From the NCBI GenBank assembly GCA_003209955.1, contig QCOD01000007.1:2208-66207 (forward strand): a DNA stretch of 64,000 nucleotides, given 5' to 3'. Within the stretch, counting starts at the first letter, position 1. Each line of letters starts with the position of its first letter. A program made the position numbers and the translations under genes. This DNA comes from OCS116 cluster bacterium AG-430-B22 (lineage in GTDB: Bacteria; Pseudomonadota; Alphaproteobacteria; MED-G09). Under the pieces are notes generated by a model, which was not told the origin of the DNA, made no database searches, and worked only from the letters and a program-made list of their open reading frames with translations. Below, piece after piece: positions 27,025-36,595 of the stretch.

Positions 27025-28857
27025 ATGTGTGGTATTTTTGGTGTTATAGCAAATAATGATAATGTAAAAGATCAAATTTTCGATGGACTAAGAAGACTTG
27101 AATATAGAGGATATGACTCTTCCGGTATTGCAACCATTCACAATGATCAGATCAATTGCATAAAATCACAAGGTAATTTAGACCAGCTTCAAAAAAAATT
27201 AATTAATGAAGAGTTATTAGGTAATGTTGGGATAGGTCATACCAGATGGGCTACTCATGGAGTTCCTAACGAAGCTAATGCTCATCCTCATATAACTGAT
27301 GAAGTTGCAGTTGTTCATAATGGTATTATTGAAAATTTTTCTATACTTAAAAATCAGATTTCTGAAACAGGTATAAGCTTTAAGAGTGAAACTGACACAG
27401 AAGCAATTGCACACCTTATTACTCTTTATATAAAATCAGGGATGGGAAGTTATGAGGCTATAAGAGCTACAACTGAAGATATTAAAGGATCTTATGCATT
27501 AGCAATTATATTAAGATCAGAACCAAATAAATTATACGCTGTCAGAAAAGGAAGCCCTCTTGCTATTGGATCATCAAATAGTAAAAATTATATTGGGTCA
27601 GATGGTTATTCTTTAGGTAATTATTGTAATGAAGTTACCTATTTAAAAGATGGAGACATCGCAATCATAAAAAATGACACTTTTGAGATATTTGATAATC
27701 AAAATGAATTTATAAATAGAAAATCTCAAATAATAGATAAGACCGTTACCTTAGCAGAAAAAGGTGTATTTAAGCACTTTATGTCAAAAGAAATTCATGA
27801 ACAACCGAGTGTTATTCAAGATTCTATTAGTCATTATATTAATAACGAAGACTTAACAGTGAATTTACCAAAATTCCCATTTAATATTACTAATTTAAAA
27901 AATATCACTTTAGTTGCATGTGGAAGCTCATATTATTCTGGATTAGTTGCCCGTGAATGGTTTGAGAAACTTGCTCGCGTGAAGGTTGATGTTGAAATTG
28001 CTTCTGAGTTTAGGTATCGAGAAACTCCAATGGATTCAAGCGGGCTAACTGTATTTATTTCTCAATCAGGTGAAACAGCTGATACTTTGGCAGCGTTGAA
28101 GCATTGTAAAAAACTTAATCAAAAAACTATTTCAATAGTGAATGTTCCAAATTCTTCTATGTGTAGAAACTCAGACTCATCTCTTAAAATTTATGCTGGA
28201 CCTGAGATAGGTGTTGCATCGACCAAGGCATTTACATGTCAGCTTGTTGTTTTAGCATCTTTAGCTATTCATATTGGAAGGATTAATGGCAACCTATCAG
28301 ATGATGATGAAAATAATTATGTAAAATCATTACTTGATATTCCAAGATTAATTTCTAATGTTTTGGATCAGGAAGAAGACCTTATTAAAATTGTAAAAGA
28401 ACTAAATCCAATTAAAAATGCTTTATATCTTGGAAGAGGGCAAATGTATCCTGTTGCTCTTGAGGGAGCATTAAAACTAAAGGAAATTTCTTATATTCAT
28501 GCGGAAGGTTATCCTGCTGGAGAAATGAAGCATGGTCCAATAGCTCTTTTGGAAAAGGGTCTTCCAGTAATAATTGGTGCGCCATCATTTAACTTATTTG
28601 ATAAAACAGCATCTAATCTTTATGAAGTTATAGCAAGAGATGGAAATGTTTTACTGATTACTGATCAAGAAGGTTTAATTCATCTTGGGGATACCGCAAA
28701 AAAAATAAAAGCATTTATTGTTGATGAGGCTAATATTATTACTGCACCATTTATTTATACTATTCCTTACCAACTTTTTGCATATCATACAGCTCTTCTT
28801 AAAGGGACTGATGTTGATCAACCAAGGAATTTGGCTAAATCAGTAACTGTGGAGTAG
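27025..28857 (+). CDS. glmS: Glutamine--fructose-6-phosphate aminotransferase (isomerizing)
   Basis: MCGIFG N-terminal nucleophile, two SIS domains, C-terminal AKSVTVE, 610 aa. Confidence 0.97.
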   Translation: MCGIFGVIANNDNVKDQIFDGLRRLEYRGYDSSGIATIHNDQINCIKSQGNLDQLQKKLINEELLGNVGIGHTRWATHGVPNEANAHPHITDEVAVVHNGIIENFSILKNQISETGISFKSETDTEAIAHLITLYIKSGMGSYEAIRATTEDIKGSYALAIILRSEPNKLYAVRKGSPLAIGSSNSKNYIGSDGYSLGNYCNEVTYLKDGDIAIIKNDTFEIFDNQNEFINRKSQIIDKTVTLAEKGVFKHFMSKEIHEQPSVIQDSISHYINNEDLTVNLPKFPFNITNLKNITLVACGSSYYSGLVAREWFEKLARVKVDVEIASEFRYRETPMDSSGLTVFISQSGETADTLAALKHCKKLNQKTISIVNVPNSSMCRNSDSSLKIYAGPEIGVASTKAFTCQLVVLASLAIHIGRINGNLSDDDENNYVKSLLDIPRLISNVLDQEEDLIKIVKELNPIKNALYLGRGQMYPVALEGALKLKEISYIHAEGYPAGEMKHGPIALLEKGLPVIIGAPSFNLFDKTASNLYEVIARDGNVLLITDQEGLIHLGDTAKKIKAFIVDEANIITAPFIYTIPYQLFAYHTALLKGTDVDQPRNLAKSVTVE

Positions 28858-28866
28858 AGAGAAACA

Positions 28867-29232
28867 GTGAACAAAATTGTTTATGGGGGATGTTTTTGCG
28901 GCTCAATTCGTTACAGTTTTAAATTTGATAAATATCCATCAGCAAATTGTTATTGTTCGATATGTAGGAGGACCTCGGGAGCCCCATTTGTTTCTTGGTT
29001 AGCTATTCCAGTTAATATTTTTAAATACATTAATAATAAACCTAAAAAAATAAAATCTTCTTCTCATGGAAATCGATTTTTTTGTGAAGAGTGTGGCACT
29101 CCTATAGCCTGTATTCTTGATGAAGATCCAAAAAATATTAATATTACTATTGCCAGTCTCGATAAGCCGGAAGAATTTGAACCAAGAGCTAGAATATATG
29201 TTGATGATATGCTTGATTGGCTTAAAAAATAA
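28867..29232 (+). CDS. GFA (glutathione-dependent formaldehyde-activating enzyme/CENP-V) family protein
   Basis: GGCFCGSIRY ... CYCSICRRTSGAPF ... CEECGTP Zn-Cys motifs. GTG start. Confidence 0.82.
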   Translation: MNKIVYGGCFCGSIRYSFKFDKYPSANCYCSICRRTSGAPFVSWLAIPVNIFKYINNKPKKIKSSSHGNRFFCEECGTPIACILDEDPKNINITIASLDKPEEFEPRARIYVDDMLDWLKK

Positions 29233-29376
29233 TGAGTAATGAATTTTATTTATTACTTTTGTAATTTTTATCTTTGGATTCATTTGTCTTTTGCAAATAA
29301 ATATATTTATACTCTTCTATTAAGTTTTAATATTGTATTTTTATATCAATAACTTTTCATTTATGGAGATTAAGTT

Positions 29377-29799
29377 ATGAAAAAACTTTTTTGCATTATT
29401 TTACTAATACCCACATTTGCATTTTCTATGCATCATAAATCTGATTCAATAATTTTTTATTTAGATCTTAATATATCAAGTAATTCCGTGAATGTTGAAG
29501 AGTTTCTTGAAAGCGTTGTTAAATCTGTAAATGAAACTGAACCAGGAACTATGCTTTATGAATACTATTTGTCAGAAGATAGAAAAAAGGTTTCGTTAAT
29601 TGAAATCTATAAATCAGATAACGATGCAATAACTCATATGAAAAATTTTTTAGCTGCCCCTCATAGTGGACCATTTCTTGAAACTTTTGAGATTGAAAGT
29701 TTTAAGGTTATGGGAAATTCTAGTAATGAATTAAAGAATATTCTAAATGATTTTACTAGAGATCATAGAAAATTAATTCATGGATTTAAGAGAAAATAA
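29377..29799 (+). CDS. Secreted ABM-fold protein
   Basis: Signal peptide. EPGTMLYEYYLSEDRKKVSLIEIYKSDNDAITHMKNF is an ABM pattern. Confidence 0.6.
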   Translation: MKKLFCIILLIPTFAFSMHHKSDSIIFYLDLNISSNSVNVEEFLESVVKSVNETEPGTMLYEYYLSEDRKKVSLIEIYKSDNDAITHMKNFLAAPHSGPFLETFEIESFKVMGNSSNELKNILNDFTRDHRKLIHGFKRK

Positions 29800-29857
29800 A
29801 TTCGTTATTCTTGAATTATTAATAATTATTATAGACTTATTTTTAAAGGAGAAAATT

Positions 29858-30304
29858 ATGTTATCAAAATTAGTCACAATTAAATCTTATGTTTTTACTT
29901 TTATAGTCTTAACATTTTTTACAATCAGTAACCTAAACGCTTTTGATATAAGTAAGAGTGCATCTGAAGGAAACTTTGATGTAACTTCATGGAAAGCTGG
30001 AGGTGGATATAGCGTAATTACCTCTGAAGGTTTTGTTGATGGTTATGGAAAAGTTTATCTTACCCATAAGTTTAAAGCTAATAGTGGTGAAGCGTTAACC
30101 GGTGATTTCACAGGCGGAGCAAGAGCAATTAGTAAAGATGGAAGTATGGCTTTTGCAAGTCTTCAAGGAATTTGGAAGCGTGAAGGAAAAACCTTAACTA
30201 TACATACATTAGATTCTCTTACTGATGGTACTGCTAATTATGCTAAAGGCACATTTGATCTTTATGAAGGCACACTTAAATTCGATGTTTTTGCAATTGA
30301 ATAA
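29858..30304 (+). CDS. Secreted hypothetical protein (148 aa)
   Basis: AAGGAGAAAATT-ATG RBS, signal peptide. Gly/Thr-rich beta pattern. No family recognised. The track start at 29780 overlaps the upstream gene. Confidence 0.55.
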   Translation: MLSKLVTIKSYVFTFIVLTFFTISNLNAFDISKSASEGNFDVTSWKAGGGYSVITSEGFVDGYGKVYLTHKFKANSGEALTGDFTGGARAISKDGSMAFASLQGIWKREGKTLTIHTLDSLTDGTANYAKGTFDLYEGTLKFDVFAIE

Positions 30305-30325
30305 TTAGAATTTTAGGAGAAAATT

Positions 30326-30715
30326 ATGTTTAGTCATGTAATGGTTGGAACGAACGATATAGAAGAAACTAAAATCTTTTATGATAAATTATTAGGAGTT
30401 TTAGGAGCTTCACCAGGAGTTCTTTCACCAAACCTAACTGGTCAGAAGAGATATTTTTATGCACATGATAATTCTATGTTTGTTATAACTGAGCCTATTG
30501 ATGGAAAGGAAGCAACCACTGGAAATGGTTTAACAATAGCTTTTAATGTTAATAGTGAAGAAGAAGGCGATCTATGGCATCAAACAGGAATTGAAAATGG
30601 TGGAACAACTATTGAAGAACCGCCTGGCGTTAGAGATTATGGTGAGATGAAAATATATCTTGCATATTTGAGAGATCCTTCAGGTAATAAACTTTGCGCA
30701 ATTAAGAGAATGTAA
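30326..30715 (+). CDS. VOC (glyoxalase/bleomycin resistance/dioxygenase) family protein
   Basis: MFSHVMVGTNDIEETKIFYDKLLG and LRDPSGNKL patterns, 129 aa. Confidence 0.8.
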   Translation: MFSHVMVGTNDIEETKIFYDKLLGVLGASPGVLSPNLTGQKRYFYAHDNSMFVITEPIDGKEATTGNGLTIAFNVNSEEEGDLWHQTGIENGGTTIEEPPGVRDYGEMKIYLAYLRDPSGNKLCAIKRM

Positions 30716-31659
30716 TGTTTACAAGGTATTTTCTCTTAGCAGTATTTTCACTTAGTTTTATTTCTACTTATGCTGATGATTGCCAATACTCTAAATGGGG
30801 AAAAGATGATGAAATTGGGTCTGCAAATTATGTAAATCCTGATCAAGTCTTAATGGCTTCTAAGCTTATTAAAAAAGGTAAAACTCAAAGTTTGGGTATA
30901 GTTATAGAGCCTGGAATGCCTGCCTATCCGCCAAGATATGTTGAATTACAAGTTGTTCAACCAGGTCAACAACATGGTTATGATACAGTAAAGACCTTTA
31001 ATTGGCCTGCAACAGTAAATGACGATCTTGTTCAAATGTGGCTCGGTGTCGGGCCTCAGCTTGATGGGTTTGGTCATATGGGTGAGAAGGGTGTTTTTTA
31101 TAATTGTAATGATGCGTCTGAAGTAACAGACATAACAGGGATGAAGAAACTTGGAACTGAAAAGATACCACCTTTAGTTGGACGAGGAGTCCTATTGGAT
31201 ATGACTAAACATTTCAATGTCGAATATATGCAACTAGGCCAACCAATAACTACTGATGATATTAAATTAGCCGCAAAATCTCAAAACATTAAATTTCAAA
31301 AAGGGGATGTTATATTATTCTATACTGGATGGACTGATAAAATGTTAAAAAGTGATCCTGACTTATGGAATTCTGGAGAACCTGGAATTACTAATGATGC
31401 AGCAAAATATTTAAGCTCACTAAACCCTATGGCTGTAGGTGCAGATACATGGGGAGTTGAAGTTGTTCCAGCTATAGAAGGGGACAAGTTATTTTATGGC
31501 CATATTACGCTCCTAAAAGAAAATGGTATCCTTATATTAGAAACAATGAATACAGGTGAACTCGTTCGTGAGAATGTAGATGAATTTATGTTTGTATTAG
31601 GTCAACCAAAAATTAAAGGTACCGTTCAAATGATTATCAATCCTGTCGCGTTGTGGTAG
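30715..31659 (+). CDS. Putative cyclase family protein, secreted (paralog of 12438..13430)
   Basis: KWGKDDEIGSANYV, QLDGFGHMG and GADTWG motifs. Signal peptide. TAATG overlap with the VOC gene. Confidence 0.8.
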   Translation: MFTRYFLLAVFSLSFISTYADDCQYSKWGKDDEIGSANYVNPDQVLMASKLIKKGKTQSLGIVIEPGMPAYPPRYVELQVVQPGQQHGYDTVKTFNWPATVNDDLVQMWLGVGPQLDGFGHMGEKGVFYNCNDASEVTDITGMKKLGTEKIPPLVGRGVLLDMTKHFNVEYMQLGQPITTDDIKLAAKSQNIKFQKGDVILFYTGWTDKMLKSDPDLWNSGEPGITNDAAKYLSSLNPMAVGADTWGVEVVPAIEGDKLFYGHITLLKENGILILETMNTGELVRENVDEFMFVLGQPKIKGTVQMIINPVALW

Positions 31660-31665
31660 TATTTG

Positions 31666-32622
31666 ATGATTAATCCAAAATTTTATCCATTTTTTGTTGC
31701 TTTACTTTTATCTGCTCTTTTTTTCATTATTTATATATTCCTTGGTAATCGAGGCATTATTTTGTCTCTTGAGCCAAATGAGAGTATTGGTGATATTTCA
31801 AGATGGTGTGAAAGAGTTAGTGGAAGTATTTTTAGAGAGCCATCTAATGCATTAAGCAATATAGGCTTCATTATACTCGGACTTTATATGTTCTGGGTTT
31901 TAGGAAAGGATATAAAATCTGATACTTCAAATCAATTTACTGGATTAAACTCTATTTCAATATTATATGCTGGTGCAGCAATATTTCTTGGTCCAGGTTC
32001 ATTATTGATGCATGGAACGCATACAGAATGGGGTGAGTGGGCCGATAATTTAAGTATGATAATGTATATTATTATTCCATGGCTTTTAAACATCAAAGAA
32101 ATGGGTCGTTGGTCACTTAAGACATTTTTTTCATCATATTTCCTAATTGTTTTTGTTTATGCATTAACAAGATGGTTATTTGGATCAGAGCTAGGTATTA
32201 ACCTTGATTTATTTGGTCTATCTATCGGTTTATGGGTCATTTCTGAGACGCTTTTTCGATTTTGGTCTCCATTATTTAGATGGATTTCAGGTTTTATTGG
32301 TTTTTTTGTAGCGGCAATATTTGGAATATTTCCAGCAGAAATATTCTTAAATTTTAATGAATTTTGGTGGGTCATTCTATTTTGGATTCCAGCTATATTT
32401 TCTCATCATCCACCACGCGTAAAGAGAGATTACTCACCTTGGTTTTACTTGGGAATGGGATCTTATGTTCTCGCTTTTGTTATATGGCTTCAAGGTTATC
32501 CAAATACACCATTTTGTTATCCTGACTCTATTATTCAACCACATGCAATTTGGCATTTGATGACAGCGTTTTCTACTTGGTGTTTCTTTAAGTTTTTTAG
32601 AACTGAAAAGAAATTTATATAA
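31666..32622 (+). CDS. Alkaline ceramidase (ACER/phytoceramidase)-like 7-TM membrane hydrolase
   Basis: RWCE...REPSNALSNIGFI parallels the eukaryotic WCE...E..N..SN motif. Later HGTHTEW and HAIWHLMTA histidine motifs. Confidence 0.5.
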   Translation: MINPKFYPFFVALLLSALFFIIYIFLGNRGIILSLEPNESIGDISRWCERVSGSIFREPSNALSNIGFIILGLYMFWVLGKDIKSDTSNQFTGLNSISILYAGAAIFLGPGSLLMHGTHTEWGEWADNLSMIMYIIIPWLLNIKEMGRWSLKTFFSSYFLIVFVYALTRWLFGSELGINLDLFGLSIGLWVISETLFRFWSPLFRWISGFIGFFVAAIFGIFPAEIFLNFNEFWWVILFWIPAIFSHHPPRVKRDYSPWFYLGMGSYVLAFVIWLQGYPNTPFCYPDSIIQPHAIWHLMTAFSTWCFFKFFRTEKKFI

Positions 32623-32696
32623 ATTAAAAAAACCCTTTCAATATTAAGATTAATTTGCTGTAAATAAACTTCGTAAATTTAATTCCGGGAGTAATT

Positions 32697-33392
32697 ATGA
32701 AAAATTTATTATTTATTTTAGTATTATTAGTTTCAGTTAATACACTTGCTGATGGTCATGTAAAACCTGAAGAGGGTGCATTTACATCTTTATATGTAGC
32801 AGCTGCGGATGTAGATAAGTATACAGACTTTCTTAGAGAGAATAGTGATGCCTTCAAATCTATAGGTTCAAGTGATGCTGGAGTTTGTATAACTAGATCT
32901 GGAAATCAATATCCTGGACAAATGATGGTTTGGAATGCTTTCCCAAGTGTAGAAGCAGCTATGATTGGTTCTTTAAAGTATGATCCTAATACAGCAACTG
33001 GTCAAATAACAAAAATGAGAGAATTAAAACATTCTACAATATGGAAATCATTAAAATCATTTCGTTTAGAACCTGGACACGAAGTTGTAGCAAGATTTAA
33101 AATCCAACAAAATAATATTAATGCTTTTGTTGAGATTATGGCAAAATTAGAGAAAGAAGTTCAGAAAAACGGTCATCCTAATTTTTTTAATGGTGTTTTT
33201 GTGTCTATAGCTGGCGGTAAAGAATCGCAAACAATAAAAGTTAGAAATATTACTAATAGTGCATCTGACCAAGGTAAAATCGTTGATGAGTATTTTTCAG
33301 GTAAATATAAATTATTTGATGAGGCTGTAGCACTTACAGAAGGTTTTGTTGATGAACAAATACAAGTTTGTGAACAAATTTATAAACAATAA
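32697..33392 (+). CDS. Secreted hypothetical protein (231 aa)
   Basis: Signal peptide. Appears to consist of two ~100-aa alpha+beta halves. No family recognised. Confidence 0.55.
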   Translation: MKNLLFILVLLVSVNTLADGHVKPEEGAFTSLYVAAADVDKYTDFLRENSDAFKSIGSSDAGVCITRSGNQYPGQMMVWNAFPSVEAAMIGSLKYDPNTATGQITKMRELKHSTIWKSLKSFRLEPGHEVVARFKIQQNNINAFVEIMAKLEKEVQKNGHPNFFNGVFVSIAGGKESQTIKVRNITNSASDQGKIVDEYFSGKYKLFDEAVALTEGFVDEQIQVCEQIYKQ

Positions 33393-33406
33393 AATAGGTT
33401 CTTATT

Positions 33407-34861
33407 ATGAGTGAAGTCGGTATTTCATCTATAGTTGGTTATATACCAAAATTAAGATTATTAAGAAAAAGTGTTGCAGAGTCTAATGCTTGGCTTGCTC
33501 CAAACCTTATGGGAAAGGGCAAAGGAACAAGATCTATGGCTAATTGGGATGAAGATAGTGTAACTATGTCTGTTGAAGCTGCTAGAAGATTGCTTGGTCC
33601 AGAAGACGATAGATCACATGTTGATAATGTATTTTTAGCCTCCACTACAATGCCATTTGCAGATAGGTTAAATTCAGGAATAGTTAGAGCAGCACTAACA
33701 TTGGAAGAATCAACGCAATGTACTGATATATCATCAACTTTGAAATGCGGTACGACAGCCTTAATAAATGCTATTTCATCAGTTCAATCAGGTAAAAGCG
33801 ATTATTCTCTTGTTTTATCTTCTGATAAAAGAAAGTCTAGAGTTGGAAGCTCACAGGAACTTGATTTTGGTGATGCGTCAGCTGCTATTGGAATAAGTAA
33901 TAAAGATATTATTGCAAAAGTATTGGCCACATCATCAGTTTCTGTTGATTTTGTTGATCATTTTCGAGCTCCAAATGAAGAATTTGATTATAATTGGGAA
34001 GAAAGGTGGATCAGAGATGAGGGTTATTTAAAAATTATTCCGAAACTAATTAATAATTTACTTAAAGAAAATGATATAAACCCTTCAGAAATAAAGAAAT
34101 TTATACTCCCATGTATTTTTCCTAGAGTACCACAAACAATTTCTAAGATATGTGGTATAGACCCTGAAAATGTTGTTGATAATTTAGCTTTAAATGTTGG
34201 CGATTCCGGATCAGCTCATCCTTTATTAATGTTAACTCATGTTCTAGAGAATGCTGAACCAAATGAAAAAATACTAGTTTGTTCGTTTGGAGGAGGTGGG
34301 GATGCAATTCTTCTTGAAACTACTAAATTAATTAGCAAATTTAAAAATGAAGAGTCTATTTCAGTGTTATTAGACAACGGCATTGAAGAGACTAACTATA
34401 TGAAATATTTAACTTTTAATGATCTAGTTAAATGGGAAAAAGGTATGCGTGGAGAAATTGATAGAAAAACTGCCCTAACAACTCTTTATAGGCATAATGA
34501 TGCTATTATAGGTCTTGTTGGAGGTAAATGCTCTAAAACAGGAACAATACAATTTCCTGCATCAAGAGTGTCTGTAAGCCCCAATAGCCCTGATATCGAT
34601 ACACAAGAACCTTATAAACTTGCAGAAAAGAGAGCAAACATACTTTCTTGGTCTGCAGATTACCTTTCATTTTCAGTAAATCCACCTAATTATTATGGAA
34701 TAGTATCTTTTGAAGAGGGTGGAAGGATTATGATGGATTTCACAGATGTTGGAGAAGGTGAAATAGAATCAGGCAAAGATGTTAAAATGGTTTTCCGAAT
34801 TAAGGCTATTGATGAAGCAAGAGGCTTCACAAGATATTTTTGGAAAGCTGTACCTATTTAA
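33407..34861 (+). CDS. Fusion protein: thiolase-fold condensing enzyme (HMG-CoA synthase/KAS III/PhlA-like) with a C-terminal DUF35 OB-fold domain
   Basis: 484 aa. The N-terminal ~340 aa have a Cys in a condensing-enzyme context (STLKCGTTALINA). The C-terminal ~120 aa match the DUF35 pattern (GGKCSKTGTIQFP ... YYGIVSFEEGGRIM) with a degenerate Zn ribbon. Confidence 0.65.
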   Translation: MSEVGISSIVGYIPKLRLLRKSVAESNAWLAPNLMGKGKGTRSMANWDEDSVTMSVEAARRLLGPEDDRSHVDNVFLASTTMPFADRLNSGIVRAALTLEESTQCTDISSTLKCGTTALINAISSVQSGKSDYSLVLSSDKRKSRVGSSQELDFGDASAAIGISNKDIIAKVLATSSVSVDFVDHFRAPNEEFDYNWEERWIRDEGYLKIIPKLINNLLKENDINPSEIKKFILPCIFPRVPQTISKICGIDPENVVDNLALNVGDSGSAHPLLMLTHVLENAEPNEKILVCSFGGGGDAILLETTKLISKFKNEESISVLLDNGIEETNYMKYLTFNDLVKWEKGMRGEIDRKTALTTLYRHNDAIIGLVGGKCSKTGTIQFPASRVSVSPNSPDIDTQEPYKLAEKRANILSWSADYLSFSVNPPNYYGIVSFEEGGRIMMDFTDVGEGEIESGKDVKMVFRIKAIDEARGFTRYFWKAVPI

Positions 34862-34903
34862 AGTGAATTATGATAATAAAAATTAAACGAAACGGAGAAT
34901 TTT

Positions 34904-36100
34904 ATGGCTTCAGGAATTAAGGATAAGGTTGCAATCTTAGGAATGGGTTGTTCAAAATTTGGTGAAAGATGGGATACTAGCCCAGATGATCTTATGGTCG
35001 AGGCTTATATTGAAGCTCTTGATGATGCTGGAATAGAACCAAATCAACTTGATGCTGCATGGTTTTCTCATCATATAGATGATATTGGTGCCGGTAAGGG
35101 TGGTACACCTATGTCAATAGCTTTAAGGCTTCCAAATATTTCTGTAACTAGAGTTGAAAACTATTGTGCATCTGGGTCTGAGGCTTTTAGAGGCGCTGTT
35201 TATGCAGTTGCAGCTGGTGCTGCTGATATAGCAATTGCGCTTGGTATGGAAAAATTAAAAGATACAGGTTACGGAGGCTTACCAGCAACTAATTATGGTA
35301 CTTTTGGCCCACAAATTGGACCATCAGGGTCTGCACCTGGTAATTTTGCTCAATTGGCTTCAGCTTATAGAGCTAAACATGGTGTTTCAGCTGAAGATAT
35401 GAAAAGGGCTATAGCTCATGTATCTGTAAAAAGTCATGCTAATGGAGCAAAAAACCCAAAAGCCCATCTTCAAAAGGAAGTTACTGAAGAACAAGTATTA
35501 AACGCACCAATGATTGCAGAGCCTCTTGGACTTTTTGATTGTTGTGGTGTTTCAGATGGAGCTGCTGCAGCGATTGTAACAACTCCAGAAATAGCTAAAA
35601 GTCTTGGTAAAGATAACCTTATTAGTGTTAAGGCTCTTCAATTATCAGTTTCTAATGGTCTAGAATCTCATCACAATACTTGGGATGGTTCTTATTTTCA
35701 TACAGTTAGAATAGCTGCAAAAAAGGCCTATGCTGAGGCTGGCATTACAAAACCAAGAGAAGAAGTATCAATGATGGAAGTACATGATTGTTTCTCTGTT
35801 ACTGAATTGGTGACTATGGAAGACCTTTTCATATCTGAAGAAGGACAGGCTGTAAAAGATGTTATGGATGGCTTTTATGACGCTGATGGCCCTGTTCCTT
35901 GTCAAATAGACGGTGGATTAAAATGTTTTGGACATCCTATAGGTGCTTCAGGTTTAAGAATGCTCTATGAAATGTATCTTCAGCTTCAAGGTAGAGCAGA
36001 TAAGAGACAGTTAAAGAATCCTTCAATAGGATTGACTCATAATCTTGGCGGGCAACCAGCTAACAATGTTTGTTCAGTAGCAATTATAGGATCTTTATAA
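34904..36100 (+). CDS. SCP-x/lipid-transfer-type thiolase (acetyl-CoA C-acyltransferase-like)
   Basis: 398 aa. VENYCASGSEAF active-site Cys region, HDCFS, and C-terminal GHPIGASG ... NLGG. Confidence 0.85.
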   Translation: MASGIKDKVAILGMGCSKFGERWDTSPDDLMVEAYIEALDDAGIEPNQLDAAWFSHHIDDIGAGKGGTPMSIALRLPNISVTRVENYCASGSEAFRGAVYAVAAGAADIAIALGMEKLKDTGYGGLPATNYGTFGPQIGPSGSAPGNFAQLASAYRAKHGVSAEDMKRAIAHVSVKSHANGAKNPKAHLQKEVTEEQVLNAPMIAEPLGLFDCCGVSDGAAAAIVTTPEIAKSLGKDNLISVKALQLSVSNGLESHHNTWDGSYFHTVRIAAKKAYAEAGITKPREEVSMMEVHDCFSVTELVTMEDLFISEEGQAVKDVMDGFYDADGPVPCQIDGGLKCFGHPIGASGLRMLYEMYLQLQGRADKRQLKNPSIGLTHNLGGQPANNVCSVAIIGSL

Positions 36101-36595
36101 CTAATCCTGCGAATACCCATCATTAATTGCTTTGAGGTAACCTGAATAATTAGGTTGATCAATAGATAGTTTTGCCATTGTTGTTCTAATCAAATGATCC
36201 TTTAATTCATTATCATCTCTATCTAGCTCTTTATCACTTATTCTTTTACATAAGATTTTATTAAGATCTTTAATATCGCCTTTTTCATTTAATAATTTTT
36301 CTAGTCTAATAATTTCCTTTTCTTCATAACCATTTATTAGATTTATTTCTCTTTGGATAATTTGAAGAGAATTCCTAGCTACAAAAGCATAAAACCTATT
36401 ATGACCTGTAAGATTTGAAATTAAATCATCGTTAATAAATTGTACTATTTCGTTAATTTTAGAATCATCAATTTCATTAATATTTTTTAGAGTATCAATA
36501 TGTTTTTTTAAATTTCGAAAAACTTCTAAATTTAAATCCTCTAAAAAACTTCTAATTGAAATTAATAATTCTTTTCTAGTTGGCTCGCTTCTCAT
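36101..36595 (-). CDS. Helical hypothetical protein translationally coupled to the upstream phosphotransferase
   Basis: 164 aa. ATGA overlap with 36592..37584. Its stop abuts the thiolase stop with no gap. Confidence 0.55.
   Translation of the reverse strand: MRSEPTRKELLISIRSFLEDLNLEVFRNLKKHIDTLKNINEIDDSKINEIVQFINDDLISNLTGHNRFYAFVARNSLQIIQREINLINGYEEKEIIRLEKLLNEKGDIKDLNKILCKRISDKELDRDDNELKDHLIRTTMAKLSIDQPNYSGYLKAINDGYSQD

Noticed and set aside
29841-30345. Near-identical translation-initiation contexts of two adjacent genes (AGGAGAAAATTATGTT at 29848 and 30316) as evidence of duplication.
   Set aside because: The similarity is confined to the RBS, the spacer and the first two codons. The proteins are unrelated, so this is most likely a shared optimal initiation context.
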